Source: an uncultured Gammaproteobacteria bacterium (GTDB lineage Bacteria > Patescibacteriota > Patescibacteriia > VMEV01 > CAYQCH01). From it: DNA of 64,000 nt. The position numbers and the translations under genes were made by a program. The notes beneath the pieces were generated by a model. It was not told the origin of the DNA. It saw nothing but the letters and a program-made list of their open reading frames with translations, and did not search any database. Shown here piece by piece: positions 47,180 to 56,697 of the stretch. Numbering within the stretch: position 1 is the first letter of the stretch; each line of letters starts with the position of its first letter. The DNA lies in contig CAYGRO010000003.1 of assembly GCA_964352335.1 (NCBI GenBank), positions 24,798 through 88,797 on the forward strand. Direction: 5' to 3'.

Positions 47180-47851
47180 ATGAAAACAATCGCCGCCAAT
47201 ACAATTGAATCAATGAATCAAACAAAATCTGAGCAAATGGAAATCACCATTGAAGCTGGGGCACGTTTTAATCATGCTTTAATTGGTGGTTGTGGTGACA
47301 TTATTGTGCATGTAAAAAAAGACGCTATCTACTCCCCTTTTCTTTTTTCTAATAAAGAAGATGTTCAAAAAACGAAATTACAAATCAATCTTGCAGAACA
47401 AGGAGCAGAAGTAGACTTAAAGGGATTACTTATCGCTAATGAGAAGCAAACCATCACAAGTGATGTTATCATCTCTCATATCGCAGAACATACAAATAGT
47501 AATCAATACGTAAAAACGATGGCAAATGATGAAGCAATCATCACAGCAGACGCGACTGTTCGTATTGAACGTCATGCAGCTCATTCTTCTGCACATCAAT
47601 TAGCAAAAAATCTTCTTCTGACATCTACGGCTCAAATTCAAACCGAACCTAAGCTTGAGATTGATAATGATGACGTACAAGCAAGCCATGGAACTTCGGT
47701 TGGATCATTAGATCAACAGGCTCTCTTTTACTTGCAAGCTAGAGGGATTGCACAATCTGAAGCGAGAAAACTTCTTACAAAAGCGTTTATTGATGAAATG
47801 CTCAATGAAGTAAAAGACAAAACTATTCTTGATGCCATCAATTATGAATAA
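47180..47851 (+). CDS. sufD: Short SufD-like protein
   Basis: Position between sufC and sufS, with C-terminal similarity to the SufB/D beta-helix. Confidence 0.55.
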   Translation: MKTIAANTIESMNQTKSEQMEITIEAGARFNHALIGGCGDIIVHVKKDAIYSPFLFSNKEDVQKTKLQINLAEQGAEVDLKGLLIANEKQTITSDVIISHIAEHTNSNQYVKTMANDEAIITADATVRIERHAAHSSAHQLAKNLLLTSTAQIQTEPKLEIDNDDVQASHGTSVGSLDQQALFYLQARGIAQSEARKLLTKAFIDEMLNEVKDKTILDAINYE

Positions 47852-49049
47852 CTTTAAAAAACAATTCCCCATTTTTACACAAACCATGAATGATAAACCG
47901 CTCGTGTATCTTGATAGTGCAGCAACAACACAAAAACCTCAGGTTGTGATTGACGCTGTAAGCAATTTTTATACTGAATACAATTCCAATATTCATCGCG
48001 GTGTTTACCAACTAAGTCAAAAAGCGACTGATGCTTATGAAGGAGCACGAAAAACTGTGGCTGAATTCATCAATGCAGAAGAAAATGAAGTAGTCTTTAC
48101 AAAAGGAGCAACAGAAGCAATCAACTTAGTTGCGCAAACCTATGGAAGAATGAATATTGAAGAAGGTGATGAAATATTGCTTACAGAAATGGAACATCAT
48201 GCAAATATTGTTCCCTGGCAAATGCTAGCAGCATCAAAGCAAGCTATCATCAAATACATTCCACTTAAAGATGATGGAAGCTTAGATCTTGCACAGGTTG
48301 ATACTTTACTTACAAAGAAAACAAAGTTTGTTTCTCTCGTATACACATCAAATACACTGGGAACAATCAATGATGTAAAACAAGTCATCGAAGCAGCGCA
48401 TCAAATCGGAGCCCCCGTATTAATCGACGCCTGCCAAACAGCAGCTCATCAAGCAATCGATGTAAAACAACTTGATGCTGACTTCCTTGTATTTTCTGGC
48501 CACAAACTTTATGGACCAACTGGAATTGGTGTTTTGTATGGAAAAAGCACACTACTTGAAGCAATGCCTCCTTATCAAGGTGGTGGTGATATGATTGAGT
48601 CTGTTACTTTGGAGAAAACAACCTTCCGAGAAGCACCTGCGAAGTTTGAAGCAGGTACTCCCAATATCGCAGGAGCTATTGGATTAGGGAAAGCGATTGA
48701 GTTTATTCAAACTATTGGATTCGAATCCATCCACACTCATGAACAAACTTTACTTGAGCATGCAACAAAAGAATTACAAATGGTTGATGGATTAACTGTG
48801 ATTGGAACAGCATCAGAAAAAGCAGCCATCATTTCTTTTATTATCAAAGGAGTTCACCCACATGATATGGGAACAATTCTAGATCAAGAAGGAGTTGCTG
48901 TAAGAACAGGACATCATTGCACACAACCAATCATGCAACGATTCAAGATTCCAGCAACCACTCGAGCCTCATTTGCAATCTACAATACGAAGGAAGACGT
49001 TGATGCATTAGTAAATGGAATTAAGAAAGCACAAGAATTACTTGCGTAA
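47829..49049 (+). CDS. sufS: Cysteine desulfurase SufS
   Basis: PLP-lysine motif (FSGHKLYGPTGIGVLYGK) and the active-site Cys loop (RTGHHCTQP). Confidence 0.9.
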   Translation: MMPSIMNNFKKQFPIFTQTMNDKPLVYLDSAATTQKPQVVIDAVSNFYTEYNSNIHRGVYQLSQKATDAYEGARKTVAEFINAEENEVVFTKGATEAINLVAQTYGRMNIEEGDEILLTEMEHHANIVPWQMLAASKQAIIKYIPLKDDGSLDLAQVDTLLTKKTKFVSLVYTSNTLGTINDVKQVIEAAHQIGAPVLIDACQTAAHQAIDVKQLDADFLVFSGHKLYGPTGIGVLYGKSTLLEAMPPYQGGGDMIESVTLEKTTFREAPAKFEAGTPNIAGAIGLGKAIEFIQTIGFESIHTHEQTLLEHATKELQMVDGLTVIGTASEKAAIISFIIKGVHPHDMGTILDQEGVAVRTGHHCTQPIMQRFKIPATTRASFAIYNTKEDVDALVNGIKKAQELLA

Positions 49050-49151
49050 ACAACACTACTTGTCACTCTGAGCCTGCCGAAGAGTCTCGTCCTTCTCGAT
49101 AAACTCGAAATAGTTTATCGCAAGGGACAAGATGTCTCGGCTCCGCTCGAC

Positions 49152-49622
49152 ATGACAAAGAACATGTTTACCGCTCTAAAAACCACTATGAACTTACAAA
49201 ATCTCTACAAATCATTAATTCTCGATCATAACAAATCTCCACAAAACTTTGGAGAACTTAATGATGCCACACATTCTGCAGAAGGTTATAACCCTTTATG
49301 TGGTGATCATTATTGGGTTGAAATTAAGATGAACGGAGAGATTATTGATGATGTGAAATTTCATGGCGAAGGATGCGCAATTTCAAAAGCCTCTGCTTCT
49401 TTAATGACTTCAACAATCAAAGGGCAAGACAAACCATTTATACAAGCAACAATCAGACAATTTTTAGAAATGATCACAGGAAAAACAGAACAAGCACCAA
49501 GCCAAAGACTCGAAGCATTTAAAGGCGTGAGAGATTTCCCTACACGAACGAAGTGTGCAAGCTTAGCATGGCATGCATTGGAGGCTGCGATGGACAACAA
49601 GAACTCTGCTTCGACTGAATAA
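49152..49622 (+). CDS. sufU: SufU/IscU-type Fe-S scaffold (SufE-like sulfur acceptor)
   Basis: Conserved Cys ligands (NPLCGDHYWV ... GEGCAISKASASLM ... KCASLAWHAL). Confidence 0.8.
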   Translation: MTKNMFTALKTTMNLQNLYKSLILDHNKSPQNFGELNDATHSAEGYNPLCGDHYWVEIKMNGEIIDDVKFHGEGCAISKASASLMTSTIKGQDKPFIQATIRQFLEMITGKTEQAPSQRLEAFKGVRDFPTRTKCASLAWHALEAAMDNKNSASTE

Positions 49623-49639
49623 TTTCTTCAACTGAACAA

Positions 49640-49795
49640 AAAACAGAAGATGATAGTCGAGCGACCTAATGGGGTCCGGGGTATTAGTGGCCCCGCACAG
49701 TAAATACTTGCGGGGTAAACTTCTGGAGTCGAGCTTGCCCCGTAAATGAACGGAGTGAATTCTACGGGGCGGCGAGCAGCGTAAACATTAAAAAA
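49640..49795. ncRNA. GC-rich, highly structured ~150-nt element between sufU and the sigma-like gene; candidate small RNA or terminator cluster (family unknown)
   Basis: Several CCCCG/CGGGG helices occur in an otherwise AT-rich genome (gggtccggggtattagtggccccg; gcggggtaaacttctggagtcgagcttgccccg; ctacggggcggcgagcagcg). A T-run hairpin follows at 49797-49830. Confidence 0.25.
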
Positions 49796-49815
49796 AACGC
49801 ACCACCCAACAAGCA

Positions 49816-50496
49816 CTAAGCTTGTTTTTTGATGCGTTCTGACGCTTGCTTGAATCGTGGCGAATACAATATTCGCAAAGCACGTTGATAATCCGACTGA
49901 GCAACCGACATAGCGATGTTCAGCAAATCAGCCACCTCAGCGAATGTTCTAAAGTACCCAGCAACATCTAGCCCATGACGAAGTTGTAAAACTTTGTAGG
50001 ACCTAATATGGATACCACGAAGAACATCGAGCGCTCCTTCTTCGAGCAATGTATACAAACGACGTGTTAGCACAACATCATCGTCAGAAACATCACAAGA
50101 GTCAGACCAACCGAATTCTCTGCGAATTCTTTCTGACTTAGTTTGACGAGGATTTTTTTGAATCAATGCCTCGTTTTCTGATGAATCTGTTTCTTTTGCT
50201 ATTCGTCGACTGAGCGAGAGTGCGTTTTCTTGTGTTGTCTGTGACCAATGGCCACTGCACCCTAAATAGCAAATAATTGCCGCAATTTTTGCAGAAATAC
50301 TTGGAGGCTTTACTCCAAATTTTTCTGCAATACGGTTTTGGTTTTGATACTCTTCTTCACCCAAACCATAGTAAATTTTTGTAAACGTCCACCCTTTTGG
50401 GCAATACGTCTTAATTTTTTCTATTCGACTTGAATCTAGTTCAGCCAAATCAAGAAGAAACTGACGCCGGTTATCCCAATCGATACCTTTATACAT
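49816..50496 (-). CDS. HTH protein with two sigma-70 region-4-like domains, transcribed divergently from the surface-protein array
   Basis: The C-terminus LQLRHGLDVAGYFRTFAEVADLLNIAMSVAQSDYQRALRIL fits the sigma-70 r4 pattern. A second, weaker r4-like segment (YYGLGEEEYQNQNRIAEKFGVKPPSISAKIAAI) lies upstream. Confidence 0.45.
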   Translation of the reverse strand: MYKGIDWDNRRQFLLDLAELDSSRIEKIKTYCPKGWTFTKIYYGLGEEEYQNQNRIAEKFGVKPPSISAKIAAIICYLGCSGHWSQTTQENALSLSRRIAKETDSSENEALIQKNPRQTKSERIRREFGWSDSCDVSDDDVVLTRRLYTLLEEGALDVLRGIHIRSYKVLQLRHGLDVAGYFRTFAEVADLLNIAMSVAQSDYQRALRILYSPRFKQASERIKKQA

Positions 50497-50614
50497 GAGT
50501 TCTCCTTTCTTTGAACTGTTTACAAAGATAACAGTAATTTATCCAAAAATCAATCAAAAAATAAGTGTAGAAAAAAATTAGCAGAAAAAGCTTGTTTTTT
50601 GTTATAATAAATTC

Positions 50615-53600
50615 ATGAAAAAGCAGAAAAGAAAAAAAGCTGAGAAAGTAGAACACTATTCGCCATCAAAAAAAGAATTTCATCTTCTTTCTAGCCCAGC
50701 ACCCGCTTTTGTCCATTTTTTCCTTAAAATTGGGCATTTTTTCCATTGGTGCTTTCATCTCTTACTTCCAGACAATTTCAAAGAAGACCCAGGTTTTACA
50801 GACCATGTGAAGCTATTTTTCATGACGCGCCACTATTCCTATTTGCGAAAGTTCTTTGTTGTGTGGATGTTTGTCATTACAACAACAATTGGTGTAACCG
50901 GATATAATATTTATCAAGCCAGAGAATTAGGTGCAGCCAATGCCACATTTCCTTTTGATATTTCTGGAAGTTATACATTCGATTCAGCCAGAGTCAATGT
51001 AACCGGAAGTGAGGCAGTGCTTTTATCTGTTGATCAAATTGACAATGACAATACAGCTACAGGTTTTGCCGGAGGAACATTTTCTGACACAAACTTTGCC
51101 ACCAGCCACGTAGGACTTGATGCAACAGGCCTCACAAATGGAACAGGAACTTTTACTTCACGAATAATAAATGCGGGAGGTTCTGTTGCGTGGAATCAAT
51201 TAGACTGGACCCCAGAAAGACCAATTCAAAAAGAACTTCCAAATAATAGCGGAATTGAATCTGCTTATAGCACAGGTAATATGTCTATGACAGGGAATGT
51301 ACTTTTAATGCATTTAAATGAAACAAGTGGAACCATTACTGATTCTTCTGTGAATGGGAATACTGCAACTGGAACAGGTATTACATATGCAAGCCAAGGT
51401 ATCTTTGGAACCGGAATTGATTTAACCGGAAATGGTGATAAAATTGAATCAAGTGCCTTTAATTATGTTTTTGGAACTGAAATTACACTAGCAGGATGGT
51501 TTCGATTTACCGGCCCAGGAACTGGTTCACCTAGAATTTTAGAAATCTCAAGACTTGGTGATTCAAACACACATGCTCTTGCGCCAGACGGAGATGGTTC
51601 TCTGCGTGCTTGGGCTGTTTGTAATAATGGATCGCGTGTAGGCTCTGCCGACGACCCAACAAACTATAACGACGGCCAATGGCATCATTTTGTTTACACA
51701 TATAGTAATCCAACAGGAATTATTTATGTAGATGGCGTGCAAACAGCTACAGCTTCTAATGCATGTGCAAACTTAGATGACGGGAGTGAGCTGATTTTGG
51801 GTGCAATTTCAGATGTAAGTGGTAACTTTACAAATGCACAACATGAATTTGATGGATACATTGATGAAATGGCTGCATTTAACCGAGCATTAACCCCAAC
51901 AGAGGTTCAAGACATCTATTTACGTGGTGCGTTAAGACAACAAATTCAGGTAAGAACATGTGACGATGCTATTTGTGATACAGAAGTTTTTGTAGGATCA
52001 GACGGAACAAATGGAACTTTTTTTAGTGAGCTTTTAAATTCAACAACTGGATTGCCAAGTCTTGCAATGCCCCTCCCTAATAATCAATACTTTCAATACC
52101 AAGTTACTCTAGAAACAGATGACAATGTCACAAACTCTCGATTGAGTAATGTTACTATTGGCCCAAGCCATTTAGACGGAGGTTCACCAACTATTCAAAA
52201 TACCTCTGGTATTGCTTATACATCATCGTTGGATAGCTTTACAGAAACACTCGGAGGTGGGCATACTGGAACAACAACTTATCAACTTTCCAATAATGGT
52301 GCGAATTTCTATTATTTTAACGGAGGTTCATGGTCTCCAGCTGTGAGTTCTGTTCAATCGAATACAGCTGGAATTATTGGTGCGAATATCACAACATTTG
52401 TAAATGACGTAGGTACAGGTAACTTCTTTTTTCGTGCCTTTTTAGGTTCGAATTTAGGGACACAAGTCATTGAATTAGATCAAATTGAACTAACATTTGA
52501 CACAGGTGGAGGAGGCGGTGGTGGAGGGTCTTCGAAAATCTTTTTTCTCCCCCCCAGCGCACCAGGTGATGGGTTTCAAGTTATCATTAACGAAAAAGCA
52601 GAACAAACAACAGACCAAATTGTAGACCTTACATTTAATGCTGGTAATGAAGTATCGCTTGTAGAGTTATCAAATGAACAAAGTTTTATAGAATCAATTA
52701 CTTTAGGACTAACACCAACTATTGAGTGGGATCTTTGTTCTGTGAGTGGAAAACCTGTTTCTAGAGATTGCCCAGATGGCGAATATACTGTCTATGCAAA
52801 TTTTTTAACATCTTTAGGACAACCTCCATCTCCAATAGTTTCTGACACAATCACATTAGGAGAAGAAGAAGAAGAAGTTGTTGAAGAAGAACCAGTGGTA
52901 ACTGAACCAGAAACCGAAACTGAAGAAACTCCCGATGAAGAAGTCATTATAGAACAAGAACAAAACGAACCTCCTATTACACCAGCCCCCTCTGAACCAG
53001 AAGAAACAACTGAACAACCCGAAGATGAAACTCAAGAACCATCTGTAATCGAGGAAGAGATTGTAGAAGAAAACCAACAAGAACCTACTCCAATTCAACC
53101 TTCACCAGAACAAACACCCCCGCAACCACCTATAAACCAGAACGACCCCACAACCGCTCCGCCTTCAGAAGTAAATGAAGGGCAAATCATTCAAACAGTC
53201 ACACAAGAAATTGGAACAAATAACTATTTACTAACTGTTTCTACAGGAGAAGAACTAGAACAGAATGAAAAAGTATTTGTACAATTTTTGTCTGGAGCTC
53301 TTGCTGGTCAAAGCATTGTTTTAGATGAATACGTTGCAAATGACCAAGAAATTTTCTTTTACACCCCACTCCAAGTAAACCCAAGTCCTGGTGATAAAGT
53401 AAAAGTATCTGGAGGAACTGTGTTTAAGCAAGAAACATTTGTCTCACCAAAAACAGAATCAACTGTTTCAGACTTTAAAGTGTCGGCACCTGAAAAACCT
53501 TCTCTTCTTGCGCTACAAATTGTAATAGCTATTGGCTTGTTTTTAGGCCTGTTTATTCTCTTTTCATTGTGGAAACAAAATACTGCCCTTACAACACTCA

Positions 53601-53653
53601 TTGAACATGAACACGCGAACTTATACCATAAAGGGAAACACGGTAAGCACTAA
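50615..53653 (+). CDS. Large surface protein, paralog 1 of 3 (N-terminal TM, conserved beta domain, LamG/concanavalin-like lectin domain, acidic P/E/T-rich linker, C-terminal domain and C-terminal TM anchor)
   Basis: 1012 aa. LamG signature FDGYIDEMAAFNRALTPTEVQDIYLRG. Gly-run GGGGGGGS. C-terminal helix LLALQIVIAIGLFLGLFILF followed by a basic tail. Confidence 0.6.
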   Translation: MKKQKRKKAEKVEHYSPSKKEFHLLSSPAPAFVHFFLKIGHFFHWCFHLLLPDNFKEDPGFTDHVKLFFMTRHYSYLRKFFVVWMFVITTTIGVTGYNIYQARELGAANATFPFDISGSYTFDSARVNVTGSEAVLLSVDQIDNDNTATGFAGGTFSDTNFATSHVGLDATGLTNGTGTFTSRIINAGGSVAWNQLDWTPERPIQKELPNNSGIESAYSTGNMSMTGNVLLMHLNETSGTITDSSVNGNTATGTGITYASQGIFGTGIDLTGNGDKIESSAFNYVFGTEITLAGWFRFTGPGTGSPRILEISRLGDSNTHALAPDGDGSLRAWAVCNNGSRVGSADDPTNYNDGQWHHFVYTYSNPTGIIYVDGVQTATASNACANLDDGSELILGAISDVSGNFTNAQHEFDGYIDEMAAFNRALTPTEVQDIYLRGALRQQIQVRTCDDAICDTEVFVGSDGTNGTFFSELLNSTTGLPSLAMPLPNNQYFQYQVTLETDDNVTNSRLSNVTIGPSHLDGGSPTIQNTSGIAYTSSLDSFTETLGGGHTGTTTYQLSNNGANFYYFNGGSWSPAVSSVQSNTAGIIGANITTFVNDVGTGNFFFRAFLGSNLGTQVIELDQIELTFDTGGGGGGGGSSKIFFLPPSAPGDGFQVIINEKAEQTTDQIVDLTFNAGNEVSLVELSNEQSFIESITLGLTPTIEWDLCSVSGKPVSRDCPDGEYTVYANFLTSLGQPPSPIVSDTITLGEEEEEVVEEEPVVTEPETETEETPDEEVIIEQEQNEPPITPAPSEPEETTEQPEDETQEPSVIEEEIVEENQQEPTPIQPSPEQTPPQPPINQNDPTTAPPSEVNEGQIIQTVTQEIGTNNYLLTVSTGEELEQNEKVFVQFLSGALAGQSIVLDEYVANDQEIFFYTPLQVNPSPGDKVKVSGGTVFKQETFVSPKTESTVSDFKVSAPEKPSLLALQIVIAIGLFLGLFILFSLWKQNTALTTLIEHEHANLYHKGKHGKH

Positions 53654-56600
53654 TTGTATATGAAGAAAAAACATCATAGACCAAATCATAACCACCCTGT
53701 CATTGCCTTTTTACTAAAGACAAGTCATTTTTTTCATTGGTCTTTTCATGTTTTACTTCCCGACTTTATCTCAAAAGTACCTAGTGCCAAATTAAACAGG
53801 CTTCTTTTCTTAAAAACTCGTTACTTTTCTAAGATGAGAACTCTTGTTATCGGGTGGCTTATTATGAGCATTAGTATTTTAAGTGTCACAGGATATCAAT
53901 TTGCAAAAGCTCCAATCATAAAAGCAGCCAATACTACCTTCCCTTTTGACCTAGCAGGAAACTATACTTTTGACACAGACAGAATAGCAATTGGATCAAG
54001 TCTTGCAACGCTTCCGTCGGTCGACCAAATAGATGACGACAATACTGCTACGGGTTTTGCAGGAGGGACGTTTAGTGACACCGCGTTTTCTGGAGGCTTC
54101 TTGCAATTAGACGCAACTGGACTTACAAATACCACAGGGCTTTTTACTTCAAGAGTTATAGACGCAGGTGGTGACGTAGCATGGTCGTCAGTGGACTGGA
54201 CACCTCAACGCCCCTATCAAAAAGATCTTCCCGACTCAGGATCAGCTGAAACGGCGTATACTGCTGGGAATATCGACATGAATGGTAATCTTGCATTACT
54301 TCATGCAGACGAAACAGCTGGTGCAACAACGATTCTAGATTCATCTGGTAATGCGAATAACTTCTCTTGTACTACTTGCCCTGCTTCTGGAGGAACGGGC
54401 CGATTCAATACAACCCTAGAATTCAATGGAGGCGAAACACTTGAGGACGCAGATGGAGAAACCTATTTAAACGGGCTTACTGCATTCTCATTGGGTTTTT
54501 GGGTCAAATCCGATGTCGTTGGAACTGACAGAGGCTTTTTTATCGGAACAGCCCCAAGTGGAAGTGATGACGGACTTACTATTCGTTACGACGATGCGGG
54601 CGCAAACGGAGGAGGAAATGATGTCATTAAAGCAGGAATAACAACAACCACAGGAACAACACAAGTCGAAAGCTCTACAAATATTCAAACAACAGACTGG
54701 CAACATATTGTTCTCACATGGACCTCTGGCAGTGCTTTATCACTGTATGTAAACGGCCAACTGGACACACCAACCAGTGCAGGAGCGACCGTAGGAGGAG
54801 CCATTAGCACATTAGACCGAGCAATACTTGGGAGAGGTGGAAAAGACACAGCAGCAGGAGCCGGGTGGTTAGGACTAATCGATGAATTCTCGGTTTTTGA
54901 TAGGGCACTCGCCCCAGCAGAAATTTCTGATCATTATCTTCGGGGTGCGACAAGACTTGGAATTCAAGTTCGTTCTTGTGACGATGCAATTTGTGACATA
55001 GAACCATTTATTGGTCCAGACGGAACAGCAAGCACCTTTTACGGTGAAGGCTTAAATACAACAAATGCACTCCCAAGCACAACGACACTTTCTTCTATCG
55101 TAAACAACCGTTACTTTCAGTATCAAATAGTATTAGACTCAGATGATTCGATTACAACACCTCAATCTTCTTCATTTTCTTTTGCCCCATCTCATTTAGA
55201 TGCAGGTGGCCCAACTATTCAAAATGCAACAGGAATAACATATCAAACAATCGATGGATTTGTAGAAACTCTTGGGGGAGGAAATACTGGCACAACAAGA
55301 TACCAAGTCTCAAATAATGGAACAAATTTTTATTACTTTAATGGATTAAATTGGGTAACGGCTCTCTCTGCTGCACAAAGTAATCCTGCTGGTGTTATTA
55401 ATAGTAATGCAACAACCATTGCAACTGATATTGGAACTGGAGACTTCTTTTTTCGAGCTTTTCTAAATTCAGCACTCGGACAACAAATTGTAGAACTAGA
55501 TGAAATTGAAGTTATTTTTGACACAAGCTCAAATAATAACGGGGGTGGTGGTAGCTCATTACTCTTCTTTAGCCAACCAGTCCCCCCAACCAATGGATTT
55601 GCATTAACAATAAACGAAGAAGCAACAGTAACAGAATCACCTCTTGTTTCATTAGGTTTTAATGCTGGCTCAGATATTTCCCTTGTTGAAATTTCTAATG
55701 AACCAAATTTTTTAGAATCAATTACATTAACCTACTCAAATCCACTTTCTTGGAATCTCTGCTCCTCTAAAGGAGAAGCACAAACTGAATGTATAGATGG
55801 TGAATACACCGTTTATGCAAAATTCTATAAATCATTTGGTCAAGCCCCTTCGGTCGTTGTTCAGGATACTATTGCCCTTCTCTCCCTCGAGAACATAGAT
55901 GCTATTGATAAAAACACTGAAGAGGAAAACCCTACTGAAGAAAAATTATCACCAATTGAAATCCCCGAAGACAATACACCACCAACAGAAGAACCTCTCA
56001 TTGTTGATGCTGAAAACCAAGAAGAAAATGAAACCATTCTCTCTCCCCCATCAGAAATAGTTGAACAAGAACAAAAGAAAGAACAGGAATTATTACAACC
56101 AGAGTCTACACAAGAAAAAGAATTAAATCTTCCCACCTCACCACAAACGCCTTCGGAACAACCAAGCCAACCAATTCCTCAAAAGACTCAAACTCTGCCT
56201 CAAACACAAGTTGTACAACAAGTATCACAAGAAATTGGCACTTCTAACTTTTTGATTAGTACAACATTACCTGCTGGGTTTGATGAAAACGAATCTTTTG
56301 TTATTTCTTTTACCTCTGGTGCCCTTGCTGGTCAAAGCGTGCTTATTGATAAATATGTAGCAAATGACCAAGGTATTCTTCTTTTTACAGAGCTTAAAAC
56401 CTCACCAACTATTGGAGATTTGTTTCAGCTCTTTTCTGGAAGATTTTATGAAGAAAAAACATTTGTCTCTCCACAACTTCCCCCCTCTTCACCTGTTATA
56501 ATTCAATATGACAGCTTTACTGACCAAAGATCATTTTTCTGGTTTCTCTTTGGGTTGCTTATTGTAACTATCACAGGTTTTGGACTCCTTGTACTTGTGC

Positions 56601-56692
56601 TCTTCCGATTATGGAAACAAAACACAACGCTTACAACACTCATCGAAGCTGAGCACAAAGAATTGTTTATGAAGAAAAGAAAGCGTAAATAA
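53654..56692 (+). CDS. Large surface protein, paralog 2 of 3
   Basis: 1012 aa, colinear with paralog 1 (TFPFDLAGNYTFD...VDQIDDDNTATGFAGGTFSDT...; LIDEFSVFDRALAPAEISDHYLRG). The linker and C-terminus are divergent. Confidence 0.6.
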   Translation: MYMKKKHHRPNHNHPVIAFLLKTSHFFHWSFHVLLPDFISKVPSAKLNRLLFLKTRYFSKMRTLVIGWLIMSISILSVTGYQFAKAPIIKAANTTFPFDLAGNYTFDTDRIAIGSSLATLPSVDQIDDDNTATGFAGGTFSDTAFSGGFLQLDATGLTNTTGLFTSRVIDAGGDVAWSSVDWTPQRPYQKDLPDSGSAETAYTAGNIDMNGNLALLHADETAGATTILDSSGNANNFSCTTCPASGGTGRFNTTLEFNGGETLEDADGETYLNGLTAFSLGFWVKSDVVGTDRGFFIGTAPSGSDDGLTIRYDDAGANGGGNDVIKAGITTTTGTTQVESSTNIQTTDWQHIVLTWTSGSALSLYVNGQLDTPTSAGATVGGAISTLDRAILGRGGKDTAAGAGWLGLIDEFSVFDRALAPAEISDHYLRGATRLGIQVRSCDDAICDIEPFIGPDGTASTFYGEGLNTTNALPSTTTLSSIVNNRYFQYQIVLDSDDSITTPQSSSFSFAPSHLDAGGPTIQNATGITYQTIDGFVETLGGGNTGTTRYQVSNNGTNFYYFNGLNWVTALSAAQSNPAGVINSNATTIATDIGTGDFFFRAFLNSALGQQIVELDEIEVIFDTSSNNNGGGGSSLLFFSQPVPPTNGFALTINEEATVTESPLVSLGFNAGSDISLVEISNEPNFLESITLTYSNPLSWNLCSSKGEAQTECIDGEYTVYAKFYKSFGQAPSVVVQDTIALLSLENIDAIDKNTEEENPTEEKLSPIEIPEDNTPPTEEPLIVDAENQEENETILSPPSEIVEQEQKKEQELLQPESTQEKELNLPTSPQTPSEQPSQPIPQKTQTLPQTQVVQQVSQEIGTSNFLISTTLPAGFDENESFVISFTSGALAGQSVLIDKYVANDQGILLFTELKTSPTIGDLFQLFSGRFYEEKTFVSPQLPPSSPVIIQYDSFTDQRSFFWFLFGLLIVTITGFGLLVLVLFRLWKQNTTLTTLIEAEHKELFMKKRKRK

Positions 56693-56697
56693 TTTCT

